A stretch of 64,000 bases of DNA from Candidatus Marinacidobacterales bacterium (GTDB taxonomy: Bacteria > Acidobacteriota > Vicinamibacteria > Marinacidobacterales > SMYC01). The notes under the pieces were generated by a model. That model worked only from the letters and a program-made list of their open reading frames with translations. It did no database searches and was not told the origin of the DNA. Shown piece by piece: positions 24,601 to 34,378 of this stretch; the stretch's first letter is position 1, and each line of letters starts with the position of its first letter. The DNA lies in the NCBI GenBank assembly GCA_965237955.1, contig OZ250169.1, positions 704,001-768,000 on the forward strand. The letters run 5' to 3'. The translations under genes were made by a program, and so were the position numbers.

Positions 24601-25205
24601 CCGCGCATCTACTTATGCGTTTTTTCGATCCCCAGAAGGGCGAGGTGCGCATGAACGGTGTGAGCTTGCGGGACTACAAGCTCGATGCGCTACGTGATCA
24701 AATCGCGCTAGTAACCCAGGATACCTATTTGTTCAACGAAACCCTGCGCGCGAATATCTTGCTGGCGCGCCCGGATGCGAGTGAAGAGGATATTCGCCAG
24801 GCGGTGGAGCGTGCGGCCCTTGCCGAGTTCGTCGATGCACTGCCAGAGGGTCTGGAAACCCGGGTCGGTGAGCGTGGAGTTCGCCTCTCTGGCGGACAAC
24901 GACAACGGGTAGCTATCGCGCGTGCGTTTCTCAAGGATGCGCCGATACTGATCCTGGATGAGGCCACGTCGCATCTGGACGCCGTGAACGAACAGGCGGT
25001 ACGCTGGGCTCTGGAAGAGCTCATGGCGAATCGCACCACCGTGGTCATCGCGCACCGCCTGTCGACCATTCGCAACGCCGGGCAAATCGTCGTCCTCGAC
25101 GCCGGCCACGTCGTCGAAACGGGCACGCACGACGAGCTCCTGTCCCGCCGCGGGTTGTACAGCCAGCTCGTTGGCCGGCAGCTCGCAAGCGCCGCGGCTG
25201 AGTAG
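21612..25205 (+). CDS. Fused double ABC transporter (TMD-NBD-TMD-NBD; CydDC/IrtAB-like)
   Basis: 1197 aa with two Walker A motifs (GASGSGKS, GSSGAGKT), two LSGGQRQR and two LDEA motifs. Confidence 0.9.
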   Translation: MFLDSRLWRFTEGLRWRIAGAVCVGLLAALVGIGRLALLGWLLAQVFAGAPAESLILPVALVAVVMGLRGVLEYWRNMIAHRTAARVQLALRERLFDKIVELGPAHFGFERTGDVLLAMVDGVEQLETYFGQYLPQLFVAALTPVIVFALIATLDLPVALVMFGFALVTLIAPSVFQKWDSSNSLRRQKAYAAFAAEFLDAIQGFATLKAFGQSAARARLLAHKAHELFRATMWVLATNSLSRGIVDTGLAVGAAATLGYGAYRVSAGSTSLEVLLIVLMMGIEVYRPQRDLRALLHQGMVGLSSAKGIFAVLDAKPAITPRDDIVAAEEALVPTVSFDHVSFAYPGGRRQAHQDLSFHLAAGERVGVVGASGSGKSSIVRLLSRFYDPQKGTVRIGGRDLRNLHPRDIHRNIAVVNQDNYLFHGSVEENLRFGRPDASQEELEAAARAANAHGFISQLPQGYRTIVGERGIRLSGGQRQRVAIARALLRDAPILVLDEALSAVDAENEAIIQEALDRLMQGRTTLIFAHRLSSVIGADRLLVLEQGRLVETGSHASLMKAGGVYHSLMAAQAAESARAYTTLALGRPAEDRAPAAQSVDEAENAHLEPTDAILRAEGMGWLDAFRELFRHVQPWKGKLTVVFFFGVTRVFALIGVGVVSALVVAAVKNDAPFDHYLVVLAVIAPFAGILHWTESWLAHDMAFRMLAEMRIALFEKLDKLAPAYLLRRRTGDLVAMATHDVELVEYFFAHTVAPALVAVLVPALVFATLSYFGWPMAIALLPFVFIVALSPFFMRARIDTLGSRAREALADLNAHVVDTIQGLNEIIAFEYVARRKAEMVARTNRNLSLRVPFFRDLTVQMALLEVATGLGGLAIVVTGARLVAAGELAAGTLPLLTLLAMAAFLPVSEIAHIGRQLADTLGATRRLYAVHNEKVAVADGLGVALPVVRGGASLDFSDVDFSYFSNRRLALEDASFSAPAGSTVALVGSSGAGKTTAAHLLMRFFDPQKGEVRMNGVSLRDYKLDALRDQIALVTQDTYLFNETLRANILLARPDASEEDIRQAVERAALAEFVDALPEGLETRVGERGVRLSGGQRQRVAIARAFLKDAPILILDEATSHLDAVNEQAVRWALEELMANRTTVVIAHRLSTIRNAGQIVVLDAGHVVETGTHDELLSRRGLYSQLVGRQLASAAAE

Positions 25206-25354
25206 CACGCTCGACCATTTCCGAAACGGACGGCTTCACGATCTGATTGTTGTACTATTCCCTCTGGAACTACGAGCCTGAGCGCAGAACCAGCGAGGTG
25301 CATACGATGCCGCGAGGTGGACGAATACTGATGGTCGTCGTCACGGCCAGCTTA

Positions 25355-26095
25355 GCCTGAAGTTCCTGGCTGAAAAAACCAAGATCCAGTGTTGATCCAA
25401 TGAGATAGATGGAATCAAAGGTGTTGGCTTCTGTCTACACGGTGATACCTTTGAGCAAGTCGTAGGCTCTCTGCTGTTTCGAGTCTGGAGTTGTGCTGAC
25501 ATCGAAGGTGGGTTCGTCGGGTCCGGCTTCCGGTCGCCGACATTTGTTTCGGACGATGTTGGTAAGAAGGCCCAGCAGCGTGCGGAAGCTGGAAGCTCGA
25601 CTCCCATCGTCAAGCTTCTTGGTTTGTATCTTGCGCAGGGCGGCCTCGGAGCGCTTCGCGGGAGCAACCGGGTCACGCGTGGCCTTCGCCTGCTGGTCCT
25701 CGTCAGAGAATAGCAGCGGCCGCCAAGCTTCCATCATGTACCACTGAACGTAGTAGGCCAGCATGCACAAGAAGATGTGCGCCCGGACTCGGTTTTCGCG
25801 CCGGTGACGAATCGGCCGCACCTTCAGGTCCATGCTTTTGAAGGAACGAAACGCCCTCTCGACCTGGGTCAGCAACTTGTAGCTGCGCACGGTGTCGTCG
25901 GTGTCCATCCGCTGCTTAGCAAGACTGGTGCGGATCACGTAGATGCCGTCAACGGCAGCTTCCGCAGCGACCTTTGTGTCGTCGATTTCGAAGCTAAAGC
26001 TGTCGTCGCGAATGTTCAGCTTGAAGTGCTTGCCGACTTTGTACTTGTTGAGAACTCTGCCTACCCGCACACCGATTTTACCTTTACCATACAGC
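25355..26095 (-). pseudogene. IS1634-family transposase 3' fragment
   Basis: DGIYVIRTS, YKLLTQVERAFR and RPIRHR..RVRAHIFLCMLAYY motifs. Confidence 0.85.
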
Positions 26096-26160
26096 TGACC
26101 CCGTCCTGTGCCAAAACTCGGCCCTTATCTCATCCAGTCGTTTCGCAGCGCCCACACCGG

Positions 26161-26216
26161 TGTGATCCGCAAAAAAGAAGATCGCGTACCGCTGGATCGA
26201 CTTTTTGCGGAGCACA
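26161..26216. mobile_element. 56-bp minimal MITE
   Basis: TGTGATCCGCAAAAA...TTTTTGCGGAGCACA; related copy at 42144-42201. Confidence 0.75.
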
Positions 26217-26345
26217 GGTTCGGAAGGATCCCTGTAAGTGACGCAACCCGGGGGTACCTCCAGGTCGTCCGATGACTCCAACGTCGCTCCTGAGCCAATC
26301 TCGAGCGTCTCGTTGTTTGGCGGCGGGTTGATCCAGGCTGCGACC

Positions 26346-26775
26346 GGCGTTGTTGCACCGCTCTTGGCTGAGCGCGAAATCTACCTATGGTGGTGGCCGA
26401 GGTAACGTTCGACCATGAAGTATCCCAAGCGCAGCCAGTACAAGCACGCGAAGCAGAAGAAGTACCACGTTTCTAACTGGGCGGAATACAACGAAGGGCT
26501 GCGCCGCCGGGGCGATTTGACGGTCTGGTTTGACGAGGAGGCAATCGCGAACTGGAAGGCCGACAAGAGCGGTAAGCCTGGCGGTCAACGGGTCTATTCA
26601 GAGATGGCGATTGAAACGGGCCTGGTTGTCCGGATGGTGTACAAGCTTGCCTACCGCCAAACCGAAGGCTTCTTGCACTCGATCGCCTCGCTTCTCCGGC
26701 TGTGTATCGAGATCCCGGACTACTCGACGTTGTGTCGGCGGTCGAGGCTGCTCCGCAAGAAGCTGCGGATTCGAA
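26346..26775 (+). pseudogene. IS903-like element, 5' fragment
   Basis: Matches 10408-10835. Confidence 0.88.
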
Positions 26776-26849
26776 AGGGGATTATATATAACACTTGACT
26801 TGATTAGACCCACCAGCCTATGACACTTGGCACTTCTGCACCAATTGCT

Positions 26850-27938
26850 TGCCTTGGTGCACAACTCCGATAGAGGCCGAGAGCTCGCTTGGCCCCGACT
26901 CCCATCATCCGATCATCTCGCTATCAGGCATCCCGAGCGCCGTCATGGTGTTCAGAATCTTGCACCCGATCCTTGCCTCAACTCTCTGTGCCGCCAACCC
27001 TCTCGCTCGCATCGCTGAGCCCACGATAGCCTTGTAGCGATGGAACGTTGTCTCGACTTTGCTCCGTTTGCTGTAGCCCGATTCTGTGTGCCACTTTCGT
27101 TTGCCGAGCCGAGCTTGTGCTGCAATGTTGCGATTGCGCTGTCGGCTGCTCGCCGGCCCCGATGCGAGCAGGGTGCCCTTGCGCGGCGGTATCAGCACCC
27201 TCGGCGAGAGCGATGAGCGCTGTGATTCTCGATCGCCTCATAGACGCCGCTGGCGTCGTATGCGGTGTCAGCTCTGGCCGATGAGATGGGACTGTCGATC
27301 TGTCCGACAAGCGATGCAACCCGCGATGAATCGCGGGCTCTTTTGCTCGTCAGCTCGCCGACGACGACTTCGCCAGTCTGCTCGTCGACACACAGATGGA
27401 GCTTGCGATAGTCCCTGCTCTTTGGTGCTCTGCGCAGCTGGCCGGCGTGGACAGCGAGACCGCTGCTGTCGATCAAGATGTGCAACGGCGTCTTCTGCTT
27501 GTCTTGGTAGAAGGGGACCTTACCCAGCTTCGCCTTGCGCCTCGAAATCGTGGTGTGATCGGGCACATCATTGTCTAGCTTCATCAGAGCGAACAACGAT
27601 CGCAGCAATCCCTCGCTCTGCCTAGATGACAGATGAAACACCATGCCCAGGGTGACAGCCGTCTCGATGGCGTGGTTCGAGTACTTGCGTTGACGGCCCG
27701 GTTTCCTCCTCCTCGGCCGGGGCGCGTCCCAGTTCACAAGCTTGCCGACGGTGAGCGAGATCCAGACGGTCAGGCTCCCACGGTTGCGTAGACCCGCCTC
27801 ATATTCACGCCAATTCCTCACGCGATAGGCCTTCTTCACATACTTCCGCTGAGTGCGTTTGAAAATGCTCATGGGGAACCTCGTATCCGCGAGTACAGGA
27901 CAATTGTGGACCGAGATCGCGAGTTGTGCACCAAGGCA
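26850..27938 (-). mobile_element. Second IS903-like element; frameshifted transposase 27872-26905
   Basis: TIR TGCCTTGGTGCACAACTC at both ends; frameshift near 27200. Confidence 0.88.
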
Positions 27939-28263
27939 CCGTAGCGTTCGTTCATGACGTGCAAGCTGATCCTGGGTCAACGCAGCCTGTACCTTGCTTT
28001 CGATCAGACGGCACCACGAAGCTCCATCATGAATGATGAAGTCAGGTAAACCCCTGCGCCCCGCCTCCTCCTCATCGAATTCCGCCGGGTCGCCGGGCAC
28101 ACTTTGCTCTGCAATCAGAAGCTTCGTTTCGTGGACCGGAGCCTTCACACTCATCCAAGCGAGGAACCCTCGGAGAAGATTTCGATCTTCGTTCAAACAC
28201 ACGGCCAGCGCATGAGTCAGTCCGATTCTCAGGCTGGTTGTACTGGTCGAAGAGGTTTCGCAT
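27939..28263 (-). pseudogene. PD-(D/E)XK nuclease-like fragment
   Basis: MRNLFDQYNQPENR, frameshift, then GLPDFII...IESKV...DQL; truncated by IS5. Confidence 0.65.
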
Positions 28264-28409
28264 CTATCTATCGTCGTACGATGCTAGCGAATTCGTGGAA
28301 CTTCAAGCGATCCGGTTCCGATTCTGCCCGTGAGGTCAAAATACTCATGCGGCTTCCCGACGGGCAGAGACGAGAGCGCGAACAAACGACGAAATCATGC
28401 CGGCATGGT

Positions 28410-28680
28410 CCCGGCAGACCGGAGACTAATCAAGTTCGGTGCGCGCGGATGAATAAATAGAAGGCACAACTCTGTTCTCCTCGAGCAAGTAGACCATAGC
28501 GGCCTGTTGGTCACGCTGAACCCAACCAGCGATGGCGACCACCAACAGTGTCAAGGGCTGGACCGGCGTGCTCATGACCGAGGATTCTAGCTCCCATCGG
28601 CCAACCAAGCGTAGACACGTCTATTCCGAAACGTCCCGGCGAGCCGGTCTTGAGTTCGTTTGTGTTTTTGGACACGACGA
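28410..28680 (-). mobile_element. Left end and N-terminus of an rve-integrase element, closed by another terminus
   Basis: CGTCGTGTCC end, ...AGWVQRDQQAAMVYLLEENRV, and a TGTGCCTTCTATTTATTCATCC end. Confidence 0.7.
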
Positions 28681-28707
28681 CGACGCGGGAACCATTCATG
28701 ATTTTAC

Positions 28708-28737
28708 TTGACCGACCGACTTAGTCGGACATATAAT
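28708..28737 (+). promoter_or_regulatory. Sigma70-type promoter with a palindrome in the spacer
   Basis: TTGACC-N18-TATAAT, with CCGAC-TTA-GTCGG at 28716-28728. Confidence 0.7.
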
Positions 28738-28746
28738 CCTCAAATT

Positions 28747-28765
28747 GATAATGACATTCAGTTTC
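28747..28765 (+). promoter_or_regulatory. Fur box
   Basis: GATAATGACATTCAGTTTC, a 15/19 match to GATAATGATAATCATTATC. Confidence 0.8.
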
Positions 28766-29021
28766 AATATTGCCAGTCGCTGCCAGAGGTCCCGGCCACA
28801 CACTTTAGAGAGACAGTCGCCTGTTACAAACGAACCGTGGAGAGGCTGATGAAGTGTTCTAATCCCTGAGGCAAAATAAGCGCTCGCCAGGTGTTGCCAC
28901 ACCCGGCGAGCTGCACGAACGCACGGTCCACAGACCTGATCACACGTAAATACGCGCGACAACGCTCGCCTCACTGCATTTTAGCGGCGAGAGAGTGTGG
29001 CGCGCAAGTAGGAGAAATGCC

Positions 29022-32000
29022 ATGACTTATATCGCTCGGCTTCTATTGTGCTCGACCCTCTTTCTCTCACCTGTCGGCTCGACACTCGCTGCGGCGGCTG
29101 ATGAGCAACTCGGCGTGTTGGTCGTGGCTCATGGCTCGACGGCGGCGTGGAACACCAACGTCGAGGCCGTGGTGACGATTATTCAACAACACATGCCATC
29201 TAAAGCGGCGTACCTGATGGGTGCGAAGAACCGCACACCGCAGGAGGCGTACGACGAACTGGTCGCGGCTGGTGTCCAGCGGATTGTCGTCGTGCCGCTC
29301 CTGGTGTCTTCCTACAGCCTGCACTACGAACAGGTCCGCTTCATTGGCCGCCTTCGCGACGATTACTCGGGCTCCGAACGGATGGAACTCACGCCGCTGC
29401 ACGGGCCTGCAGACGTTGTCGGCGTCACGCCGGCTCTTGATGCAGATCCGATCCTCGCTGGCATCTTGTCCGACCGGGCGCGTGCGCTCAGTCGTGACCC
29501 ATCCACGGAAAGCCTCGTCATCGTGGCGCACGGGCCGAACGGCGCCGCAGACGCAGACCGGTGGATGGACGTGATCCGAGAACTTGGTGTCCAAATACAG
29601 TCCCTCGTGCCGTTTAAGGAGGTCGATGTCCGCCTATTGCGGGACGATGCGCCCACACCGGTCAAAGACCAGGCGCTCGCGGAGCTCAGACACTCGGTGG
29701 CCAACCGTGCAGCGTCGGGGCGGGTCGTCGTCGTGCCGCTCCTGCTCGGGCCGGGACGCCTCGTCGACCAGATACCCAACGTACTCACTGGATTGGATTA
29801 CCTCTGGGACGGTCGACCCGTGCTCCCGGACAGCCGGATCGCTGACTGGGCCATGTCCCAGGTCGAGCGTGTATCGGCGCAGCAAGATGCAGCCAGCCGG
29901 CAGTCGACAGCTGATTTGCTGACTTTCTTGGATTCCGTGACCGTGACCGCGACGCTCCGGCCGGCGCCGGTACGGGAGATCCCCGGCATGGTGACGGTCG
30001 TCGACAGCGAGGTCATTCAGGCGAGGCTATTCGAGAACCTGTCTGATCTCGTCAAGTACGAACCCGGGGTGTACGTCGAAAACAATATGACCCGTCTTGG
30101 TCTCAACGGATTCAACATCCGCGGCATCGGAAGGAATCGCGTGATGACGCAGGTGGACGGCATTCAGACGTCGGAGCAGTTCGACTTCGGGCCGTTCAGC
30201 GTGCATCAGCTGGCGCTCGATCTCGATGCGTTGAAATCCGTCGAGATCGTGCGGAGTGCCAACTCGGCGCTCTACGGCAGCGATGCCCTCGGCGGCGTGG
30301 TCTCGCTGTTCACTAAGGATCCCGGCGACTACCTCCGCGGCCGGCGGTTCCATATCGGCGCCAAGACGACTTGGAATGGTCGCGCCGAGGATATCAGTGG
30401 GAACCTCACTCTGGCCGGGGGTACCGGACGGCTCCAAGCGTCGTTCTTCGCCAGCTTCAACCGCGGGAACGAGGTCCGTAATAAAGGGACGGTAAAAACC
30501 CGTGAGGCCACCCGTACCGCGGCGAATCCGCAAGACGTACGGGGCACCCAACTACTGGGCAAGCTCGTCTTCACAGCCTCGCCAGGCAATATGTGGCGCG
30601 TGGCAACGGAAGTCTACGATACCCGTGTCGAAACGACATGGTTCTCGGACATGGGATTGACGCAGCTCGGTCCGTTTCTTTACGACACTTTGGACTCGGT
30701 TGCTGTTGACACGCAGGGCCGCCAGCGCCTGTCGCTCGATCACACGCTAGTCGACCGCGCTGGTCTCGATCAGCTGTCATGGCGTATCTACGGCCAGCGC
30801 AACGACACATTTCAGGTCGTCGATCGTGAGCGCATGACGTTTGGCTTCGGGCCGCCGATTCATTCGACGCGCCGCGAAACGGTCGACTTCGAGCAGATTG
30901 GCTACGGCGGATCGGGTCGGGGTCAGAAGTGGCTGGGTGGTCCGAGTAACGGTGTGCTAGTCACGTTCGGCGCCAGCTACCAGACCGACACCTTCGACAT
31001 CCTGCGCGACCGGAGCGAGCTCAACGTTCGGACGGCGGCGCCCGTGCCGACCAGCCTGATCTTCCCGAACAAGTACTTCCCCGAGAGCGACGTCGCCGAG
31101 TCCGGTACGTACGTCCAGGCGGAGCTCCAGTTCGGCCGCGTCACGCTCGTGCCCGGGGTGCGCTACGATCACTTCTCGCTCGACGCCAACCAGAGCGACC
31201 CGATCTTCCTTGCAAGCCTGAACCCGGAGCCGACCGACTTCTCCTACAGCGCCATATCGCCGAAAGTTGGCGTGTCGGCGCGATTGACGGACGTGGTGAC
31301 CGTCCACGCGCAGTACGCCAGCGGATTCCGGGCGCCACCATACAGCGCCATCAACACCGGCTTCACGAACCCACAGGGAGGCTACGTCACGCTTCCAAAT
31401 CCCGAGCTCAGGGCGGAGACGAGCGACAACATCGAAGTCGGGGTGCGGACCGCGTTCGACCGCGCGAGCTTCGGCGTGACCGTCTTCTCGAACCGGTACG
31501 ACGACTTCATTGACCTGACGACGATCGGCTTCAATCCAAGAACCCGGCTGCTCGAATTCCAGAGCAGGAACCTCGAAAAGGCCGAGATCAAGGGTGTCGA
31601 GCTGCGCGGCGAGGCGTACGTGACCGACCGCGTGATGATTCGCGGGAGCTACGCGAGAATCGACGGCGTTGAGATCTCGAAGGACGCTGCGGTCCCGCCG
31701 CTCGCGGCCGAGACGCCGCTTGGTTCCATCGCGCCGAACGAAGGCGTGCTCGGTATCCAGTACCTCCAACCCTCCGGCCGTTGGGGTGCGGAGCTGTCCG
31801 TCAGGCTGGTCGAGTCGTACCAGGGTGCCCCTGATGAAAACCAGTTCACGCCGGACGCCTACCAGGTCGTCGACCTGGTGAGCCACGTCTCGCTCGCGGA
31901 GGCCCTCACGTTTCGTCTTGGCCTGCTCAACCTGACGGATGCGACGTACTTCGAGTGGTGGAACGTGCGGGGACGCCAGGCGAACGACCCGGTGATCGAT

Positions 32001-32054
32001 CGGTATTCGAGCCCGGGGATTAGTGTCATCGGGTCACTGGCGTACGACTGGTAG
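29022..32054 (+). CDS. Heme/hemoglobin-type TonB-dependent receptor with N-terminal CbiX/SirB-like domains
   Basis: AGGAG RBS and signal peptide; VAHGS, VVVPLL..H and VAHGP modules; TonB box DSVTVTAT; plug SALYGSDALGGVV; FRAP and NPEL motifs; terminal W. Confidence 0.9.
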   Translation: MTYIARLLLCSTLFLSPVGSTLAAAADEQLGVLVVAHGSTAAWNTNVEAVVTIIQQHMPSKAAYLMGAKNRTPQEAYDELVAAGVQRIVVVPLLVSSYSLHYEQVRFIGRLRDDYSGSERMELTPLHGPADVVGVTPALDADPILAGILSDRARALSRDPSTESLVIVAHGPNGAADADRWMDVIRELGVQIQSLVPFKEVDVRLLRDDAPTPVKDQALAELRHSVANRAASGRVVVVPLLLGPGRLVDQIPNVLTGLDYLWDGRPVLPDSRIADWAMSQVERVSAQQDAASRQSTADLLTFLDSVTVTATLRPAPVREIPGMVTVVDSEVIQARLFENLSDLVKYEPGVYVENNMTRLGLNGFNIRGIGRNRVMTQVDGIQTSEQFDFGPFSVHQLALDLDALKSVEIVRSANSALYGSDALGGVVSLFTKDPGDYLRGRRFHIGAKTTWNGRAEDISGNLTLAGGTGRLQASFFASFNRGNEVRNKGTVKTREATRTAANPQDVRGTQLLGKLVFTASPGNMWRVATEVYDTRVETTWFSDMGLTQLGPFLYDTLDSVAVDTQGRQRLSLDHTLVDRAGLDQLSWRIYGQRNDTFQVVDRERMTFGFGPPIHSTRRETVDFEQIGYGGSGRGQKWLGGPSNGVLVTFGASYQTDTFDILRDRSELNVRTAAPVPTSLIFPNKYFPESDVAESGTYVQAELQFGRVTLVPGVRYDHFSLDANQSDPIFLASLNPEPTDFSYSAISPKVGVSARLTDVVTVHAQYASGFRAPPYSAINTGFTNPQGGYVTLPNPELRAETSDNIEVGVRTAFDRASFGVTVFSNRYDDFIDLTTIGFNPRTRLLEFQSRNLEKAEIKGVELRGEAYVTDRVMIRGSYARIDGVEISKDAAVPPLAAETPLGSIAPNEGVLGIQYLQPSGRWGAELSVRLVESYQGAPDENQFTPDAYQVVDLVSHVSLAEALTFRLGLLNLTDATYFEWWNVRGRQANDPVIDRYSSPGISVIGSLAYDW

Positions 32055-32091
32055 CCGCGACTGACGAGAGCCAAAGTGAAAGGGGACACGC

Positions 32092-32280
32092 ATGCATCGC
32101 CATCACGAATCGGAGACGCTAGCCAGCGGTTCTCAACACTCAAGCCGGAATCTGGCCAACACTATGGCGAGTCGAGGGGAGCTGGATGCGGCATCGGACC
32201 TTTTTCAATCGGTTCTTTCCGAGCAACCGGATCACCAACGCGCCAAAACGAACCTGATGGCGATACTCGAGGCTAAGTAA
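32092..32280 (+). pseudogene. Possible TPR-like remnant
   Basis: NLANTMASRGELDAA..LF..VL...PDH..AKTNL pattern. Confidence 0.4.
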
Positions 32281-32328
32281 GGCAGTGCCCGGGGCATGCC
32301 GTAGGCATGACATTCAAGGAGACCCAAA

Positions 32329-33954
32329 TTGGGTATACCCACAACGTTAAGAGCGCTCATCATCGTTGTCGCGTTGTTAGGCCTAGGCTTACCGACTGCT
32401 ACGGCTGGCACCCGCACGGCGTTTCTAGTGATCGCACCCGATCGTGGCTTTCTCGGTAACGAGGAAGTCCGCGAAGTTTTTGCGGACTTCGCGACCTCTG
32501 TCGATGACGCACAACTAGCGTTCGTCACGCAAGAGCGGGCTGAGGAGAACCTACGCAACGTTTGGAAGTCTCTCCCAACGGAAGGGCAGATCGCGAGGGT
32601 GGTGGTCCTGCCCCTTTTTTTGTCCAAGCACGACGCGCTCTACAAGAAGGCTCAAGGGGTACTCGACGCTTTCGGAGGACCGCTTGTTTCCTTCGGCATT
32701 CCACTGGGAGCAAGCTACCTGGCGGAGGAGATCCTCTTTGACCGCGTCGAAGCTCTCGCCTCCTCGCATGTCGGCAACGAGCAGCTCGTCGTGATAACGG
32801 CGGGCGCTAACTCCAGCACTGCAGAGTCCGGTATCCGGGAGGACCTCGAACCGCTGGTGGATCGCGCGGCCAAGAAGTACGGCCTAGCAGGCGGCCGCCT
32901 CTACGTCATCCATGACGGTGCCGAGACCGAGGAGGCTCGCAGCGCATCCATCGAGGGAATGATGAAGGATCTGGAATCCGTCTGCACCGGCGAGGAACGT
33001 ACCCTGGTCGTCCCGTTCAGCCTCGGGATGAAATACACGACCATGATGTCGGAGTGGAGCTACCTGAAAAGAAGAATGCGTGAATTCTCCGGTATCGTGT
33101 CCGACGGACGGGGGGTGTTGCCGCACGCGAACGTCGGCCACTGGCTGCAAAAAAGCGTGAACCACGCCCTGCCGCTCGACCGAGAGGACATCGGCGTCAT
33201 CCTGGTGCCGCACGGCAGTGATTACAATTGGAACGAGACCATGCGTCGCGGAATCTCCCCTATTCGTGACGAGTATGTAACTGAGGATGCCTTTAGCATG
33301 GTCGACCCTCTGCTCATCGAGAACGCGGTGCGAAAACTCGAGGCACGGGGAGTTCGGGCGGCGTTGGTGGTGCGCATATTCTTCATGGAGTCCAGTTTTC
33401 GAACCAAGGCGGAATACGTGCTGGGTCTGAGGCCCGATTATCGCAGTTTTCCGCGAAGGGTCCGTAGCGGCCTTGTCTTCCATACCGCGGGAGGTGTAGC
33501 TGCTAGCCAGCACCTCGCTCGGGCACTCGTCGATCGGGTCGACGAGATCAGTACCGCCCCCAACCGAGAGACCATCGTGTTGGTCGGGCATGGAAGCGGC
33601 AACGACAAGGTCAACGACCGCTGGCTCGAACTGCTCGCGAGCTTGGCGCGGGATATCGGCGAGCGCTGGGACGGTTTCCGAGCGATCCGCTACCACACCT
33701 GGAGGGAAGACTGGCCCGATAAGCGGCGGGACGCGGTGGCGGCCATTCGTGCTGATGTGGAGGCTGCGTCCAAAGACGACGGCATTGCCCTCGTTCTCCC
33801 GATACGCACGACAGGTCAGGGCCCGGCCACGCGTTACCTCGATGGTCTGAAGTATCGGTACGGGACTGGATTTGCCCCGCATCCAGAGTTCACCGCCTGG
33901 CTACAATCGGTCATCGAACAAGGACTGTTGAAGCTCACCGGAGACCCGCGGTGA
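32329..33954 (+). CDS. Exported protein with repeated CbiX/SirB-like modules
   Basis: AAGGAG RBS and signal peptide; VVVLPLFLS, VPHGS and VGHGS motifs; APHP..W module ends. Confidence 0.75.
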   Translation: MGIPTTLRALIIVVALLGLGLPTATAGTRTAFLVIAPDRGFLGNEEVREVFADFATSVDDAQLAFVTQERAEENLRNVWKSLPTEGQIARVVVLPLFLSKHDALYKKAQGVLDAFGGPLVSFGIPLGASYLAEEILFDRVEALASSHVGNEQLVVITAGANSSTAESGIREDLEPLVDRAAKKYGLAGGRLYVIHDGAETEEARSASIEGMMKDLESVCTGEERTLVVPFSLGMKYTTMMSEWSYLKRRMREFSGIVSDGRGVLPHANVGHWLQKSVNHALPLDREDIGVILVPHGSDYNWNETMRRGISPIRDEYVTEDAFSMVDPLLIENAVRKLEARGVRAALVVRIFFMESSFRTKAEYVLGLRPDYRSFPRRVRSGLVFHTAGGVAASQHLARALVDRVDEISTAPNRETIVLVGHGSGNDKVNDRWLELLASLARDIGERWDGFRAIRYHTWREDWPDKRRDAVAAIRADVEAASKDDGIALVLPIRTTGQGPATRYLDGLKYRYGTGFAPHPEFTAWLQSVIEQGLLKLTGDPR

Positions 33955-34378
33955 TACGGAGGAATAACTTCTTGGAACCAGCGACTGGCCGTGAGGGCAA
34001 AATACTCTTGCGGCTTCCAGATGGTAGAAACGTAGCACCCCGTCCTGTGCCAAAACTCAGCCCTTTTGAAATAGGCCATAAATCAGCAGCTTAGTGTCTG
34101 TGTTTGCAACCGGGCGAAGGCGTCGTGTCCAAAAGCACGAACGAACTCACCACGTCGGGCCTTTAGGAAGGTGCAAACTGCTGACCCGCTGGGCGTTCGA
34201 ATATTTGGACCAGACGCATTCAGACGGTAGTGGTCTAGTTTGGGATTCGACCCAAGAACCATCCGACAACGACACCAAGCAGCGGAATCAGTCCAAGGCA
34301 GAGCTTCCGGTAAAATTCTCTCCTCTCACGCCTTAACTCGGCCTCTAACTCTAGGTGTTCAGAAGGCGTTCTTCCGGG

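Noticed and set aside
28770-29021. Cobalamin riboswitch ahead of the CbiX receptor
   Set aside because: No recognisable B12-box or conserved core; a Fur box is present instead.
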